From the NCBI RefSeq assembly GCF_028712425.1, contig NZ_JAQTQD010000001.1, positions 23,414 to 87,413 on the forward strand: a stretch of 64,000 nucleotides of DNA, given 5' to 3'. Below, piece after piece: positions 1-10,040 of the stretch. The notes beneath the pieces are model-generated. The model did no database searches. It was not told the DNA's origin and saw nothing but the letters and a program-made list of their open reading frames with translations. Made by a program: the position numbers and the translations under genes. Position 1 is the stretch's first letter. Each line of letters opens with the position of its first letter. Origin of the DNA: Methanoregula sp. GTDB lineage: Archaea > Halobacteriota > Methanomicrobia > Methanomicrobiales > Methanospirillaceae.

Positions 1-1291
1 GGCAGCGTTTGTCCACGGGGACGTGACGGGAGCGCTCATCCTTGACCCGGAGAAGGTCGGGGAGGTCGCATCCCGGGTTGCCCTCGCTCTTCATCCCAAA
101 CGGAAGAAGCACGGGAGCATGCCGACAAAACACAAGATCGCCGAGATGGCAAAAAAGTGCACGCTCTGCATGCAGTGCCGGCGGGCCTGTCCCAATGACC
201 TGCCGGTTGCACAGGCGGTCAAGCTGGCTGCTTCTGAGAATCTCTCCGGCCTTGACGAACTCTATGATGACTGCCTTGGCTGCGGCAGGTGCGAATCCGC
301 GTGCAAACAGAAACTCCCCATCCACAGTCTCATTGTCAGTGCGGCAGAAAAACAGACCCGCGATGAGACCTACTGCCTCCGGACCGGGCGGGGGGCCATC
401 CAGGACATCGAGATCCGGAAGGTGGGAGGTCCGATCGTGCTCGGGGAGATCCCGGGTATCGTCGCTTTTGTCGGCTGCGCCAATTACCCCAAAGGGTCGC
501 GCGAAGTGGCCGATATGGTTACTGAATTTGCAAAAAGGCGCTATATCGTATGCACCTCCGGGTGCGCAGCAATGTCGGCCGGCATGTCCCGCAACGAAGA
601 GGGAAAGACGGTATACGAGCAGTTCTCCGGGGCATTCGAGGCCGGCGGGGTGGTCAATGTCGGCTCCTGCGTATCGAATGCCCATATCTCGGGAGCGGCC
701 ATCAAGATCGCCAGCATTTTTGCAAAGAGACCCCTGAGGGGGAACTACGAGGAGATCGCTGATTACGTGTACAACCGTGTCGGTGCCGTAGGCGTGGCAT
801 GGGGCGCCATGTCCCAGAAGGCAGCCTCGATTGCTGCAGGCTTCTGGCGGCTTGGCATCCCGGTTGTCGTCGGCCCGCATGGCACGAAGTACCGCCGGAT
901 GCTGCTTGGCCGGGCAGACCGAGGAGACGACTGGATGGTGTATGATGCCCGGTCCGGCGAGAGCGTGTACGGCGGGCCGGTGCCCGAGCACCTCTTCATT
1001 GCCGCAGAGACCAAGGAGGAGGCGATGGTGCTGATCGCCAAGCTTGCCATGCGGCCAAACGACACGAGCAAGGGCCGGGCGAACAAGCTTGCCAACTATA
1101 TCGACCTTCACAAGCGGTATGTCGGCGGCATTCCGGGAGACGTGTACCGCCTTGTCAGGACACCGGCCGACATCCCCCTGACCCTGAAGGACGAAGTGGA
1201 TGCACACCTCGCGGAGCATGACTGGAAAGAATCATCAATCCCCGATCCCACGCTGCTCTCCCGCATGGTGCACGCAAAGAAGGTGGCCTGA
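1..1291 (+). CDS. cdhA: CO dehydrogenase/acetyl-CoA synthase alpha subunit, C-terminal part (5' end lies outside the window)
   Basis: The frame is open from the window edge (ORF track 23..1291). It has two ferredoxin-type motifs, CTLCMQCRRACP and CLGCGRCESACK. cdhB-C-D-E follow directly. Confidence 0.85.
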   Translation, partial: AAFVHGDVTGALILDPEKVGEVASRVALALHPKRKKHGSMPTKHKIAEMAKKCTLCMQCRRACPNDLPVAQAVKLAASENLSGLDELYDDCLGCGRCESACKQKLPIHSLIVSAAEKQTRDETYCLRTGRGAIQDIEIRKVGGPIVLGEIPGIVAFVGCANYPKGSREVADMVTEFAKRRYIVCTSGCAAMSAGMSRNEEGKTVYEQFSGAFEAGGVVNVGSCVSNAHISGAAIKIASIFAKRPLRGNYEEIADYVYNRVGAVGVAWGAMSQKAASIAAGFWRLGIPVVVGPHGTKYRRMLLGRADRGDDWMVYDARSGESVYGGPVPEHLFIAAETKEEAMVLIAKLAMRPNDTSKGRANKLANYIDLHKRYVGGIPGDVYRLVRTPADIPLTLKDEVDAHLAEHDWKESSIPDPTLLSRMVHAKKVA

Positions 1292-1293
1292 TC

Positions 1294-1833
1294 ATGCCGA
1301 TGACGGATGCCTGGCAGACTGCCGAGATCCCCGGCCCCAAGAAGGCCTCGCTCATCCTCAAGCCGGATATCGCTGATGCCCTGATCAGCCGCGCCAAGCG
1401 CCCGATCATGATCGTAGGTCATGGTATTGTCGAGTATGAGGTTGACGGGAAACCGATGATCGAGTGCCTGATTGCCCTTGCGCGGAAGGCGGTCATTCCG
1501 GTTGTTGTGTCGGCAAGCACTAACCGGGAGTTTCTCTCCCGCGAGTTCGAGCCTGCGGCGATCATGTCCGCCGTCGAGATCAGCAGCAGGCTCACCGACC
1601 CGGAATGGAAAGGCCTCGACGGCAAGGAACCGTACGACCTTGCCATATTCGTCGGCCTTCCGTACTCCATGGAGTGGACGATCCTTTCGGGGCTCAAGCA
1701 TTTTGCACCGAATGTCAAGACCATGACCTTCGACTGCGTGTACCAGCCCAATGCAAGCTGGTCATTCCCGAACAGTACTATTAAAGACTGGGCAGCGAAC
1801 CTGAAGGGTATTGTCGAGAACCTCGAGGACTAG
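1294..1833 (+). CDS. cdhB: CODH/ACS epsilon subunit
   Basis: 179-aa ORF starting 3 nt after the cdhA stop. Size and position match the epsilon subunit of archaeal cdh operons. Confidence 0.8.
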   Translation: MPMTDAWQTAEIPGPKKASLILKPDIADALISRAKRPIMIVGHGIVEYEVDGKPMIECLIALARKAVIPVVVSASTNREFLSREFEPAAIMSAVEISSRLTDPEWKGLDGKEPYDLAIFVGLPYSMEWTILSGLKHFAPNVKTMTFDCVYQPNASWSFPNSTIKDWAANLKGIVENLED

Positions 1834-1848
1834 GGCGCGGAGCATACC

Positions 1849-3252
1849 ATGTTTGAGAATATCCCGGTGGAAGTTGGTCTTGTCCATGAAGGGGAGCGTG
1901 TCCGGAAAAACGACATGCAGGTGGAGCTGGGTGGTCCGCAGGAGCCGGAGAAGTTCGAGATTGTACGTGTCCGCCCGGCAGATGCTGTAGAGGACGGGAA
2001 GATCCTCATCAACGGCCCCGACATTGCTGATATGGCCGAGGGAAAGCATTACCCGCTTGGCATTGTCGTGGAGATTTCCGGTGCAAGGCTGGAGCCGGAC
2101 CTTGAAGGAGTTGTCGAACGCCGCATCCACGAGTACTGCAATTATATCGAGGGCTTCATGCACCTTAACCAGCGGTACGACATCTGGATACGTGTCTCAA
2201 AGAAAGCGTTCAAAAAAGGCCTCACGTCCCTGCGCTTTATCGGGGAGGTGATGATCGACCTCTTCCGGAAGGAACTGCCCCTTATCGAGAAGATACAGGT
2301 CACGTTCATCATGGACCCTGCGGCAATAAAGCCCCTGTTTGAAGAGGCCATGAAGACCTACGAGGCGCGTGACGCCCGCGCCCGGGGGCTTTCCGATGAT
2401 GATGTGGATGTCTTCTACGGATGCGCCCTCTGCCAGTCGTTTGCACCCACGCACGTCTGTGTCATCACGCCCCAGCGCTACGCAAACTGCGGCGCCATCA
2501 GCTGGTTTGACGGGCGTGCCGCTGCCGGGGTCGATCCCAAGGGACCGATCTATGCCATCGGGAAGGGTACGTGCATTGATCCGGAAAAGGGAGAATATTC
2601 CGGCGTGAACGAGAGTGCAAAGCAGCGCTCCATGGGGGAGGTGAGCCGGGTCTACCTCTACTCTGCATTCGGTTATCCCCATACCTCCTGCGGGTGTTTC
2701 GAGGGAATTGCGTTCTACATTCCGGAGGTGGACGGCTTCGGGATCGTCCTCCGGGGCTTCCGTGATGTTACGGTCAACGGGCTCCCGTTCTCAACCATGG
2801 CGGATTCAACTGCGGGAGGACGGCAGGTTGACGGCTTCCATGGTATCTCGCTGGAGTACATGCGTTCGCAGAAGTTCATGGCAGCGGATGGCGGGTATGA
2901 TCGCGTTGTCTGGATGCCGCAGGAGACAAAGGAACGCTTACAATCATTCATCCCGGAGTCCGTGTACGGGGCAATCGCCACCGAGCAGGACGCAAAAACC
3001 CTCGATGAATTGAAGGTGTTCCTCCAGTCCCATAACCACCCGGTCACGAAGCGGTGGGAGCAGGACAATCCTGCTGGAGCAGGAGACATGCCGGTCGAAC
3101 GACAGGAGGTCTCCGTTCTTTCGGGACGTGACATCCCGTTTACAGCAGGGGGATTCCGGATCATCCTCAAGAATGCGAAGATCACTGCCGAGAAAGTGAT
3201 CATCCAGCCGATCCGCCCGGGAGGTGAGCGCCATGGCACGCAGAAACCCTGA
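1849..3252 (+). CDS. cdhC: CODH/ACS beta subunit (acetyl-CoA synthase, A-cluster subunit)
   Basis: 467 aa with N-terminus MFENIPVEVG. Cys motifs CALCQSFAPTHVC and TSCGCFE are typical of ACS. Position is third in the cdh operon. Confidence 0.9.
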   Translation: MFENIPVEVGLVHEGERVRKNDMQVELGGPQEPEKFEIVRVRPADAVEDGKILINGPDIADMAEGKHYPLGIVVEISGARLEPDLEGVVERRIHEYCNYIEGFMHLNQRYDIWIRVSKKAFKKGLTSLRFIGEVMIDLFRKELPLIEKIQVTFIMDPAAIKPLFEEAMKTYEARDARARGLSDDDVDVFYGCALCQSFAPTHVCVITPQRYANCGAISWFDGRAAAGVDPKGPIYAIGKGTCIDPEKGEYSGVNESAKQRSMGEVSRVYLYSAFGYPHTSCGCFEGIAFYIPEVDGFGIVLRGFRDVTVNGLPFSTMADSTAGGRQVDGFHGISLEYMRSQKFMAADGGYDRVVWMPQETKERLQSFIPESVYGAIATEQDAKTLDELKVFLQSHNHPVTKRWEQDNPAGAGDMPVERQEVSVLSGRDIPFTAGGFRIILKNAKITAEKVIIQPIRPGGERHGTQKP

Positions 3253-4489
3253 GAACCCGACCCCGCCCTTCGATGCAGCGCAGCTCTTCGCCCTCGCTCC
3301 CCAGCTCCGCGAGCTCTTAAAAGGTGTCAGCCAGGTCGAGCTCGAGCATTTTACGATGGAGATTGGAGACCTTGATCTCTTCATCCCCATGACAGGAACT
3401 GTCGCGTCTCCGGCAACCGCGGACGCACCCGGAACTGTTGTCCAGCCGCCGGTGAAACCTACAGACCTGATCCGCGAGTCTTATACAAAGGTTACTACCG
3501 ACTTCCCCGGCAGGATCCGCGAAGTCCGGCTGGGCGCGACAAAGGCCGAAGGGGGGAGTCGCCGCCACTCGATTACCATTGGCGGTGCAACTGCCCCGGC
3601 CTACTCGGATCCGGCCCGGCCCCCGCTCCATTCACCGGTCATCTCTCTCGATGTTTTCGACATGCCGGTGACCCTTCCCCGGGTCCTCCGGGAAAATGTT
3701 GCCGATGTCATCGAAGACCCGGCCGAATGGGCGAAGATGAATGTTCAGAAGTTTGGTGCGGACGTAGTAACGGTCCACCTGACCAGTACCGACCCGCTCT
3801 TCCGCGATGCTTCGGCTTCGGCTGCGGTGAAGACGGTCGAATCGGTGCTCCAGGCAGTCGATGTCCCGCTCATCATCGGCGGGTGCGGCGACCCGAGAAA
3901 GGATGCCGAGGTATTCTGTGCTGTTGCCGAGATGGCGGAAGGTGAGCGGCTTCTCATCAACTCGGTGACCCTTGACATGGCCGAGGCAGGGATCCTTGAA
4001 CGGGTGGCAACAGCTGCCCGCGATCACGGGCATGCCGTTCTCGCATTTACCGGTCTTGACCTGAACAATGCCAAGGAGCTCAACCGGCGCCTGTACGAGT
4101 ACATCCCCCCGGAACAGATTGTCATGGACCTGACCACCGTTGCCCTTGGATACGGTCTTGAGTACTCCTTCACCATCCATGAACGGGCGAGATATGCCGC
4201 ACTGATGGGCGATACCGAACTCGCCCACCCGACCATCTCCGCAGCAACCAATGCCTGGGCTGCCCGCGAGGCGTGGATGAAGATGGCACCGGAATACGGG
4301 TCGCGCCAGCTCCGCGGCCCGGTCTGGGAGACTGTCAATGCGCTCACGCTGCTCCTTGCCGGCGTTGACCTCTTCCTGATGATGCACCCGGCGGCTGTCC
4401 TCACCATGCGTGAGGTCATCCCGCGGCTCCCGGCTGTAGGGAATGCCCATGCCGGGCAGATCGCCGACTGGGTGGGGGTGCGTTTATGA
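3233..4489 (+). CDS. cdhD: CODH/ACS delta subunit (corrinoid protein small subunit)
   Basis: The ORF track starts at GTG 3224. An in-frame ATG at 3233 is preceded by GGAGGTGA (3220-3227). The ORF overlaps the cdhC end, and its TIM-barrel-like size (about 418 aa) and operon position fit. Confidence 0.8.
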   Translation: MARRNPENPTPPFDAAQLFALAPQLRELLKGVSQVELEHFTMEIGDLDLFIPMTGTVASPATADAPGTVVQPPVKPTDLIRESYTKVTTDFPGRIREVRLGATKAEGGSRRHSITIGGATAPAYSDPARPPLHSPVISLDVFDMPVTLPRVLRENVADVIEDPAEWAKMNVQKFGADVVTVHLTSTDPLFRDASASAAVKTVESVLQAVDVPLIIGGCGDPRKDAEVFCAVAEMAEGERLLINSVTLDMAEAGILERVATAARDHGHAVLAFTGLDLNNAKELNRRLYEYIPPEQIVMDLTTVALGYGLEYSFTIHERARYAALMGDTELAHPTISAATNAWAAREAWMKMAPEYGSRQLRGPVWETVNALTLLLAGVDLFLMMHPAAVLTMREVIPRLPAVGNAHAGQIADWVGVRL

Positions 4490-5922
4490 CCCCAGCAGCG
4501 CCAAAGAAGAAAAAGAGCATCCGCGAGATCAGCCCGATTGACGTGTACAAGCTCCTCCCCCGGACCAACTGCGGGGAATGCGGTGAGGCAAACTGCATGG
4601 CCTATGCAACGCGGCTCGTCAACGGGGAACTCCTCCTTGCCGACTGCCCCCAGGTCCATACGGAAGAATACGCATCCCCGCGGGAGAAACTCGAAATCCT
4701 CCTTGCCCCGCCCGTCCGGACGGTCACCATCGGCACGGGCGATTATGCTATGGATATCGGGGGCAAGTACGTGTTGCAGCGCCATGACTTCACGTACCAT
4801 AATCCCACCCCGATTGCCATCGATGTCAACGACCTGATGAAAGAGGAGGAACTCATCGAGCGTGTCCGCAGGATCGGGGATTTTTCGTACAATTACATTG
4901 GCAGGAAGCTGACCCTCAATGCCATTGCCATCCGCTCTGTATCAAACGATCCGGAAAAATTCCGGAATACCGTCAGGACGGTATCCGGGGCCAGCCGGTT
5001 CCCGCTCATCCTCTGCGCACTGGACGCCCGCGTCATGGCTGCCGGCCTGGAAGCGGCAAAAGGGCGCCGCCCCCTCATCTATGCGGCAACGGAAAGCAAC
5101 TGGAAGGAGATGGCGGATCTCGCCCTTCTGCACAATGCCCCCCTTGCGGTCTTTGCACCCAATGACCTTGCACTGCTCCGGTCCCTTGTTGCTACACTGC
5201 TTGCCTGCGGCATCCGCGATCTTGTCCTCGACCCCGGCACCTTCCCTGATGAAGGACTGGGTGACACCATAACCAATTTCACTGCGATCCGGACCGCGGC
5301 CACAAAGCAGTTCGATGATCTCTTCGGCTTCCCCCTTCTCGGTGTCCCGCTCACGGTCTGGGCCGGCAGCGAGCTCTCCGAGGATGTCCTCAAGTGGCGG
5401 GAGGCCATCACTGCCTCCATGCTCATCTCCCGCTATTCCGACCTTCTGATCATGCACAGTCTCGACGGCTGGGTCATCCTCCCGCAGCTCATCTGGCGGT
5501 TCAACCTCTACACTGACCCGCGGAAACCGGTCTCTGTCGAGGCTGGTGTCAGGACATTCGGCCGGCCGGATACCCGGTCACCGGTCCTCATCACGACCAA
5601 CTATGCCCTCACGTACTTCACGGTAGAATCCGACATCAAGTCGGCGAACCTCGACTGTTACCTGATCGTCGCCGATACCGGGGGTCTCAGTGTCGAGAGC
5701 GCAGTTGCCGGCCGGAATTTCACGGCAGAGGATATTGCACGGGCACTGAACGAGAACAATGTTTCCAGCCTTGTCAGCCATACTACCCTCATCATCCCGG
5801 GACTTGCTGCACGGCTGAGCGGGGAGACTGAGGAGGCGACCGGCTGGAAGATCCTGGTCGGGCCCAAGGACTCCTCGGGGATCTCGCAGTTCCTCCGCGA
5901 TCGCTGGCCTGTGGAAAGCTGA
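4486..5922 (+). CDS. cdhE: CODH/ACS gamma subunit (corrinoid/Fe-S protein large subunit)
   Basis: 478 aa. The ATGA start overlaps the cdhD stop. The N-terminal Fe-S motif CGECGEANCMAYA...C is present. Confidence 0.85.
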   Translation: MTPAAPKKKKSIREISPIDVYKLLPRTNCGECGEANCMAYATRLVNGELLLADCPQVHTEEYASPREKLEILLAPPVRTVTIGTGDYAMDIGGKYVLQRHDFTYHNPTPIAIDVNDLMKEEELIERVRRIGDFSYNYIGRKLTLNAIAIRSVSNDPEKFRNTVRTVSGASRFPLILCALDARVMAAGLEAAKGRRPLIYAATESNWKEMADLALLHNAPLAVFAPNDLALLRSLVATLLACGIRDLVLDPGTFPDEGLGDTITNFTAIRTAATKQFDDLFGFPLLGVPLTVWAGSELSEDVLKWREAITASMLISRYSDLLIMHSLDGWVILPQLIWRFNLYTDPRKPVSVEAGVRTFGRPDTRSPVLITTNYALTYFTVESDIKSANLDCYLIVADTGGLSVESAVAGRNFTAEDIARALNENNVSSLVSHTTLIIPGLAARLSGETEEATGWKILVGPKDSSGISQFLRDRWPVES

Positions 5923-6016
5923 CCTCTATGATCCCTGCCAACCGAAATCCTGCAAATAGCGACGGGGGTCTATGTACCCCGGGTTCACATGCCGCCACGT
6001 ACCCGCGGAGCCTGAG

Positions 6017-7852
6017 ATGACCGGTACTTGTGAGGTCTTTTTCTCTCCCATGGGGAAAACGGTAACCGTAGCCATGGGCTCATCCGTCCTTTCCGCCATC
6101 CAGAAGGCAGGTATCCTCGTGGAGAGCATCTGCGGGGGGAAAGGGGAGTGCAATAAATGCAGGGTGATCCATGTCCGGGGAGACTGCGATGCGGGTGCCC
6201 CGGCAACAGTCCGCGGGCTCACGTCCCAGGAAGTACAGAAAAACTACTGCCGGGCCTGCCAGACCCATATCCTTGGCGACTGTGAGTTTATCATCCCCAT
6301 TGAGAGCCGGACAGACTCCCCGAAGATCCTGCAAAACCACCATGAGTCCGTCAGTGAACTTGACCCGGCGGTGACAAAACACCGTGTTGCCATTACGCAC
6401 ACGGATCACCACAATCTCGCCCACCGTTCAATCCAGCTCGAAGGGTACCGCGGCACCCGGCCTCACATGACGAGGGACCAGCTCCAGAAGATTACCACCG
6501 GCTGTGGGGAGTGTACCGTTACCATCACGCGTTCCGGCGGGTTCCCGGAGGTTATCCGCATCGAGGATGGCGACACGACAGCACGGAATTTCGGACTGGC
6601 AATCGATCTGGGTACTACAACCGTTGTCGGGATTCTTGTTGACCTGAACACCGGCAGGGTTTGCGCCGAGGCATCTGTTCTCAACCAGCAGATCACCCAT
6701 GGGGAGGAACTCCTCACCCGCATTGCCATGGCTAAATCGGAAACCGGGCGGATAAAGCTCCAGTCAGCCGCAATCGACAGCATCAATGCAGTTATCCGGC
6801 AGCTCGCAACGGTTTCCGGCACGGATTCAGGAGATATCTGCGATGCGTGCATTGCATGCAACACGGTTATGACCTGGCTCCTCCTCGGGCAGGATCCCAC
6901 CCGGCTCGAACTGGCAAATGTGGAGATTTCCCGTGAGCCCCGCGTGGTCCTTGCAGGAGCGCTTGGTATTGCCATCAATCCCGATGCCCGTGTCTTCTGC
7001 CTTCCTGACGTAAGCCGGTTTGTGGGAGGCGATGCCGTGGGAAATGTCCTCACGTCCGGCATGAACCATTCCGGCGAACTCACGCTGATTATCGACCTCG
7101 GGACAAACGGCGAGGTGATCCTGGGCAATGCAGACTGGATGGCTTCGGTCTCGTGCGCCTCCGGCCCGGCATTCGAAGGTGCCGGCATCTCCTCCGGCAT
7201 GCGGGCCATGAGAGGGGCAATTGACCATGTTACTATCGATCCCGGCACGGGAGCCGTTGCCTGGACAACCATCGGGGGTGCGAAGCCCCGGGGGATATGC
7301 GGGTCCGGAATTATTGATGCGGCAGCGGCCATGGTGGCAGCAGGGATCCTTGACTTCACCGGGCGGATTGTATCCGGAAAACCCGGTGTTCGGGATGGGC
7401 CGGATGGACCGGAGTATGTCCTGGTGCCCGGTGAGAAGACTGCGACCGGGCAGGATATCATGATCACAAAAAATGACATGGCCTACCTTATCGATTCCAA
7501 GGCTGCTGCTTGCGGGGCAATCGGTGTCCTCATGAATAAGTACCGCGTCGGTATCTCCGATGTCCGCCACGTCTTCCTTGCCGGGGCGTTCGGGGCGTAT
7601 GCGGATATTAAGAAGGTCGTGGAGTTCGGGATCATCCCCGACTTTGTCAACGCAACCGTTCACGGGATCGGGAACGGGGCCCTCTCGGGCGCATGCGCAA
7701 CGATCCTCTCGCGAAAGAAGAGGGAGGAGGCAGCGGACATTGCCCGGAGAATGGTCTACATCGACCTGCTGGTGGATGCCGACTTTATCGAGGAGTATGC
7801 GGCAGCAGTCTATATACCCGGCAAACCCGAGTTTTTTCCCCGCCGCATATAA
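6017..7852 (+). CDS. ASKHA-fold corrinoid activation protein (RACo/AcsV-like) with an N-terminal 2Fe-2S ferredoxin domain
   Basis: Plant-type ferredoxin motif CGGKGECNKCRV, plus ASKHA phosphate motifs DLGTTTV and DLGTNGE. It sits directly downstream of cdhE. The start is uncertain (5972 or 6017). Confidence 0.7.
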   Translation: MTGTCEVFFSPMGKTVTVAMGSSVLSAIQKAGILVESICGGKGECNKCRVIHVRGDCDAGAPATVRGLTSQEVQKNYCRACQTHILGDCEFIIPIESRTDSPKILQNHHESVSELDPAVTKHRVAITHTDHHNLAHRSIQLEGYRGTRPHMTRDQLQKITTGCGECTVTITRSGGFPEVIRIEDGDTTARNFGLAIDLGTTTVVGILVDLNTGRVCAEASVLNQQITHGEELLTRIAMAKSETGRIKLQSAAIDSINAVIRQLATVSGTDSGDICDACIACNTVMTWLLLGQDPTRLELANVEISREPRVVLAGALGIAINPDARVFCLPDVSRFVGGDAVGNVLTSGMNHSGELTLIIDLGTNGEVILGNADWMASVSCASGPAFEGAGISSGMRAMRGAIDHVTIDPGTGAVAWTTIGGAKPRGICGSGIIDAAAAMVAAGILDFTGRIVSGKPGVRDGPDGPEYVLVPGEKTATGQDIMITKNDMAYLIDSKAAACGAIGVLMNKYRVGISDVRHVFLAGAFGAYADIKKVVEFGIIPDFVNATVHGIGNGALSGACATILSRKKREEAADIARRMVYIDLLVDADFIEEYAAAVYIPGKPEFFPRRI

Positions 7853-7924
7853 TCGGGTATTGCCTGTAACAGCAGACAATCCGCACCCGGCAGCCTTTGC
7901 AGGAATGATGATGAGGACAAAACG

Positions 7925-8563
7925 ATGCCGATGAATATGGATTCCCTGCAGGCATCCTGGGAAGCAGATTACCGGAAGAAGGGGCGATTGTACGGCGGTT
8001 CGCCGCGGCAGCTTCCCGCCTTCCCTTCCGGATCCCGGGTCCTTGATCTTGGCTGCGGTGACGGCAAATCCCTGGTATCCATGGAGGACAGGGGCTGGCA
8101 CGTGACAGCTGTCGACTTCTCTCCTGCGGCAGTTTCTCTTGCAAGCGAAGTGGGCGGGAATCCGGCCAATGTTGATTGTATTGTTGCAGATGCCCTGCAG
8201 CTCCCCATAAGGAAAAATTCATTTGATATCGTGACGGCCATCCACCTGCTGGGGCACGTTTCTGTGGATGGGTTGCGCCGTATTTCGCGCGAGATTGACC
8301 GTGTACTCCGGCCGGGCGGAACCCTGTACGCTGTGGTTTTCTCGCAACAGGACTTCCGCTGCGGCACTGGCACCGAGGTTGAGCCGGCTACCTATGCCCG
8401 GGGAAACAGTATCATCACCCGGTATTTCTCGGAACCGGATGTTATCGCGATCTTTCCGGGATATACCGTACGGACTGTTGAGCATATCGAATGGACGCTC
8501 CGCGTACGGGGGAGAGAGTATCCCCGTTCCGAGATTACTGTCCTGTTCTCGAAGCCTCAATGA
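7925..8563 (+). CDS. class I SAM-dependent methyltransferase
   Basis: 212 aa with SAM-binding motif I VLDLGCGDG and a post-I acidic residue (VTAVDFS). Confidence 0.75.
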   Translation: MPMNMDSLQASWEADYRKKGRLYGGSPRQLPAFPSGSRVLDLGCGDGKSLVSMEDRGWHVTAVDFSPAAVSLASEVGGNPANVDCIVADALQLPIRKNSFDIVTAIHLLGHVSVDGLRRISREIDRVLRPGGTLYAVVFSQQDFRCGTGTEVEPATYARGNSIITRYFSEPDVIAIFPGYTVRTVEHIEWTLRVRGREYPRSEITVLFSKPQ

Positions 8564-8624
8564 ACGTTTTTCGTGGATCATTTTTATGGTATCCGCACCC
8601 ATTTTCTCTCACAGGAGAATCCCG

Positions 8625-9932
8625 ATGACGAAGAGATACCTGACATTGTGCATTGCTGCCCTCATCCTGCTGATATGTATTCCCGGAGCATCCGGTCTCG
8701 GTGGCGATGAAGGATGGATTACGGTCTATTGTAATGTGGATGGAGCCTCGGTGTACTTTGACGGCAAGTACATGGGAGAGATCAGCGGCGGGTCTTACAC
8801 GGCCCTGGTATACACGACCGGTGCCCCCTATTCCACGGCAACGGTGGAAAAGAGCGGGTATTTGCCTGCCACAGCTTCCCTCACCATGCCCAAAAAAGGC
8901 CAGACAACAACAGTCTACACAACCCTGAACCCGGTCGTGACCCCGGTCCCGGTGCGGTACGGGTCCATCTTCGTGAGTTCGCAGCCGTCGGGTGCGGAGA
9001 TCTATTTCAATGGCGATTACCGCGGTCTCTCGCCCCTTACCATTGCTGATGTCTGGCCCGGGACGTATACAATCCGGGCAGAGAAGACTGGTTACCAGGA
9101 TTATTCGACAACAGCTTATGTCTCCTCCGGAACACAGACAACCGTCCACTGTCCGCTGACTCCCCATGTGACAAGCGGCTCATTGTACGTGATATCCACA
9201 CCTTCCGGCTCCAGTATTTATCTTGATGCCGCATACAAGGGAAAAACACCCCTCACGATCAGCAATATTGCTGCGGGCACCCATATCCTTGAAGTTGACC
9301 ATGCCGGGTATTATGACTGGAAATCAACGGTGAATGTTCCTGCTGGCGGTACCAGGACCATTGATGCAACGCTGAACCCGATGCCGTCATCCACAAGCGG
9401 TTGGATCTATGTCTCTTCAAGTCCCGGCGGCGCATCAGTAACACTTGACGGCGCCATCATGGGTGAGACCCCGTCATCGGGTTCCCTGAAACTGAATAAC
9501 GTCGCCACGGGAACTCACGCCGTTGTCCTGAACCGCCCCGGTTACCTGCAATATACCGCAACGGTCTCGGTCTCTCCCAATACCGTGACAGAAGTGAGCG
9601 CGCTTCTCCAGCCGACCGCAGCTCCCACCGGATCCGGCGGCCTTACCATCACGTCCACCCCGGCCGGGGCCAATGTCTTCCTCGACAATGCCTTTGTCGG
9701 GATCTCTCCGCTTACCCTGCCCGACGTCACGGCCGGGACGCACACGGTGTCCATGAAGCTTGACGGGTACCAGGAGTACTCTGTCTCAACACAGGTGAAC
9801 AGTGGCGCGGTCAGCACGGTCTCGGCAGCCCTTACCAAAGTGACACCAACACCAAAGTCATCACCGGCCCCTGTCATTGCCGGTATAGCAATCATTGGTG
9901 CAGTCCTTCTCCTCCTCCGCCGGAAGGATTGA
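8625..9932 (+). CDS. secreted PEGA-domain repeat protein with a C-terminal membrane anchor
   Basis: The ORF track begins at 8268, but a signal-like MTKRYLTLCIAALILLICIPGASG starts at ATG 8625. There are about 5 PEGA-like repeats (SxPxGAxVxLDG...G.TP). The C-terminal TM is IAGIAIIGAVLLLLRRKD. Confidence 0.75.
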   Translation: MTKRYLTLCIAALILLICIPGASGLGGDEGWITVYCNVDGASVYFDGKYMGEISGGSYTALVYTTGAPYSTATVEKSGYLPATASLTMPKKGQTTTVYTTLNPVVTPVPVRYGSIFVSSQPSGAEIYFNGDYRGLSPLTIADVWPGTYTIRAEKTGYQDYSTTAYVSSGTQTTVHCPLTPHVTSGSLYVISTPSGSSIYLDAAYKGKTPLTISNIAAGTHILEVDHAGYYDWKSTVNVPAGGTRTIDATLNPMPSSTSGWIYVSSSPGGASVTLDGAIMGETPSSGSLKLNNVATGTHAVVLNRPGYLQYTATVSVSPNTVTEVSALLQPTAAPTGSGGLTITSTPAGANVFLDNAFVGISPLTLPDVTAGTHTVSMKLDGYQEYSVSTQVNSGAVSTVSAALTKVTPTPKSSPAPVIAGIAIIGAVLLLLRRKD

Positions 9933-9941
9933 ACCACGACC

Positions 9942-10040
9942 TTTTTTTTGTTTTTTCTCATCTGAAGAAAACCAGTTTGGGATAGTTTTAGGGAGAGATG
10001 AAGCCACGGGTGCTCGGGATCTCCCAACCCTCGCCCCACG
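9942..10040. repeat. Copy A of a two-copy intergenic element: oligo-T tract, 44-nt spacer, then a 38-nt conserved GC-rich block (10003-10040)
   Basis: GCCACGGGTGCTCGGGATCTCCCAACCCTCGCCCCACG matches 38755-38792 at 33/38 positions. Both copies lie exactly 44 nt after TTTTTCT. Confidence 0.6.

Noticed and set aside
6463-7479. Long antisense ORFs opposite well-supported genes, for example 6463..7479(-), 6827..8101(-), 35436..37070(+), 24964..25554(-), 49204..49869(+) and 47125..47973(+).
   Set aside because: These are typical shadow ORFs of high-GC DNA. They are Arg/Pro/Gly/Ser-rich and low in complexity, have no motifs, and fully overlap genes with clear family signatures on the other strand.
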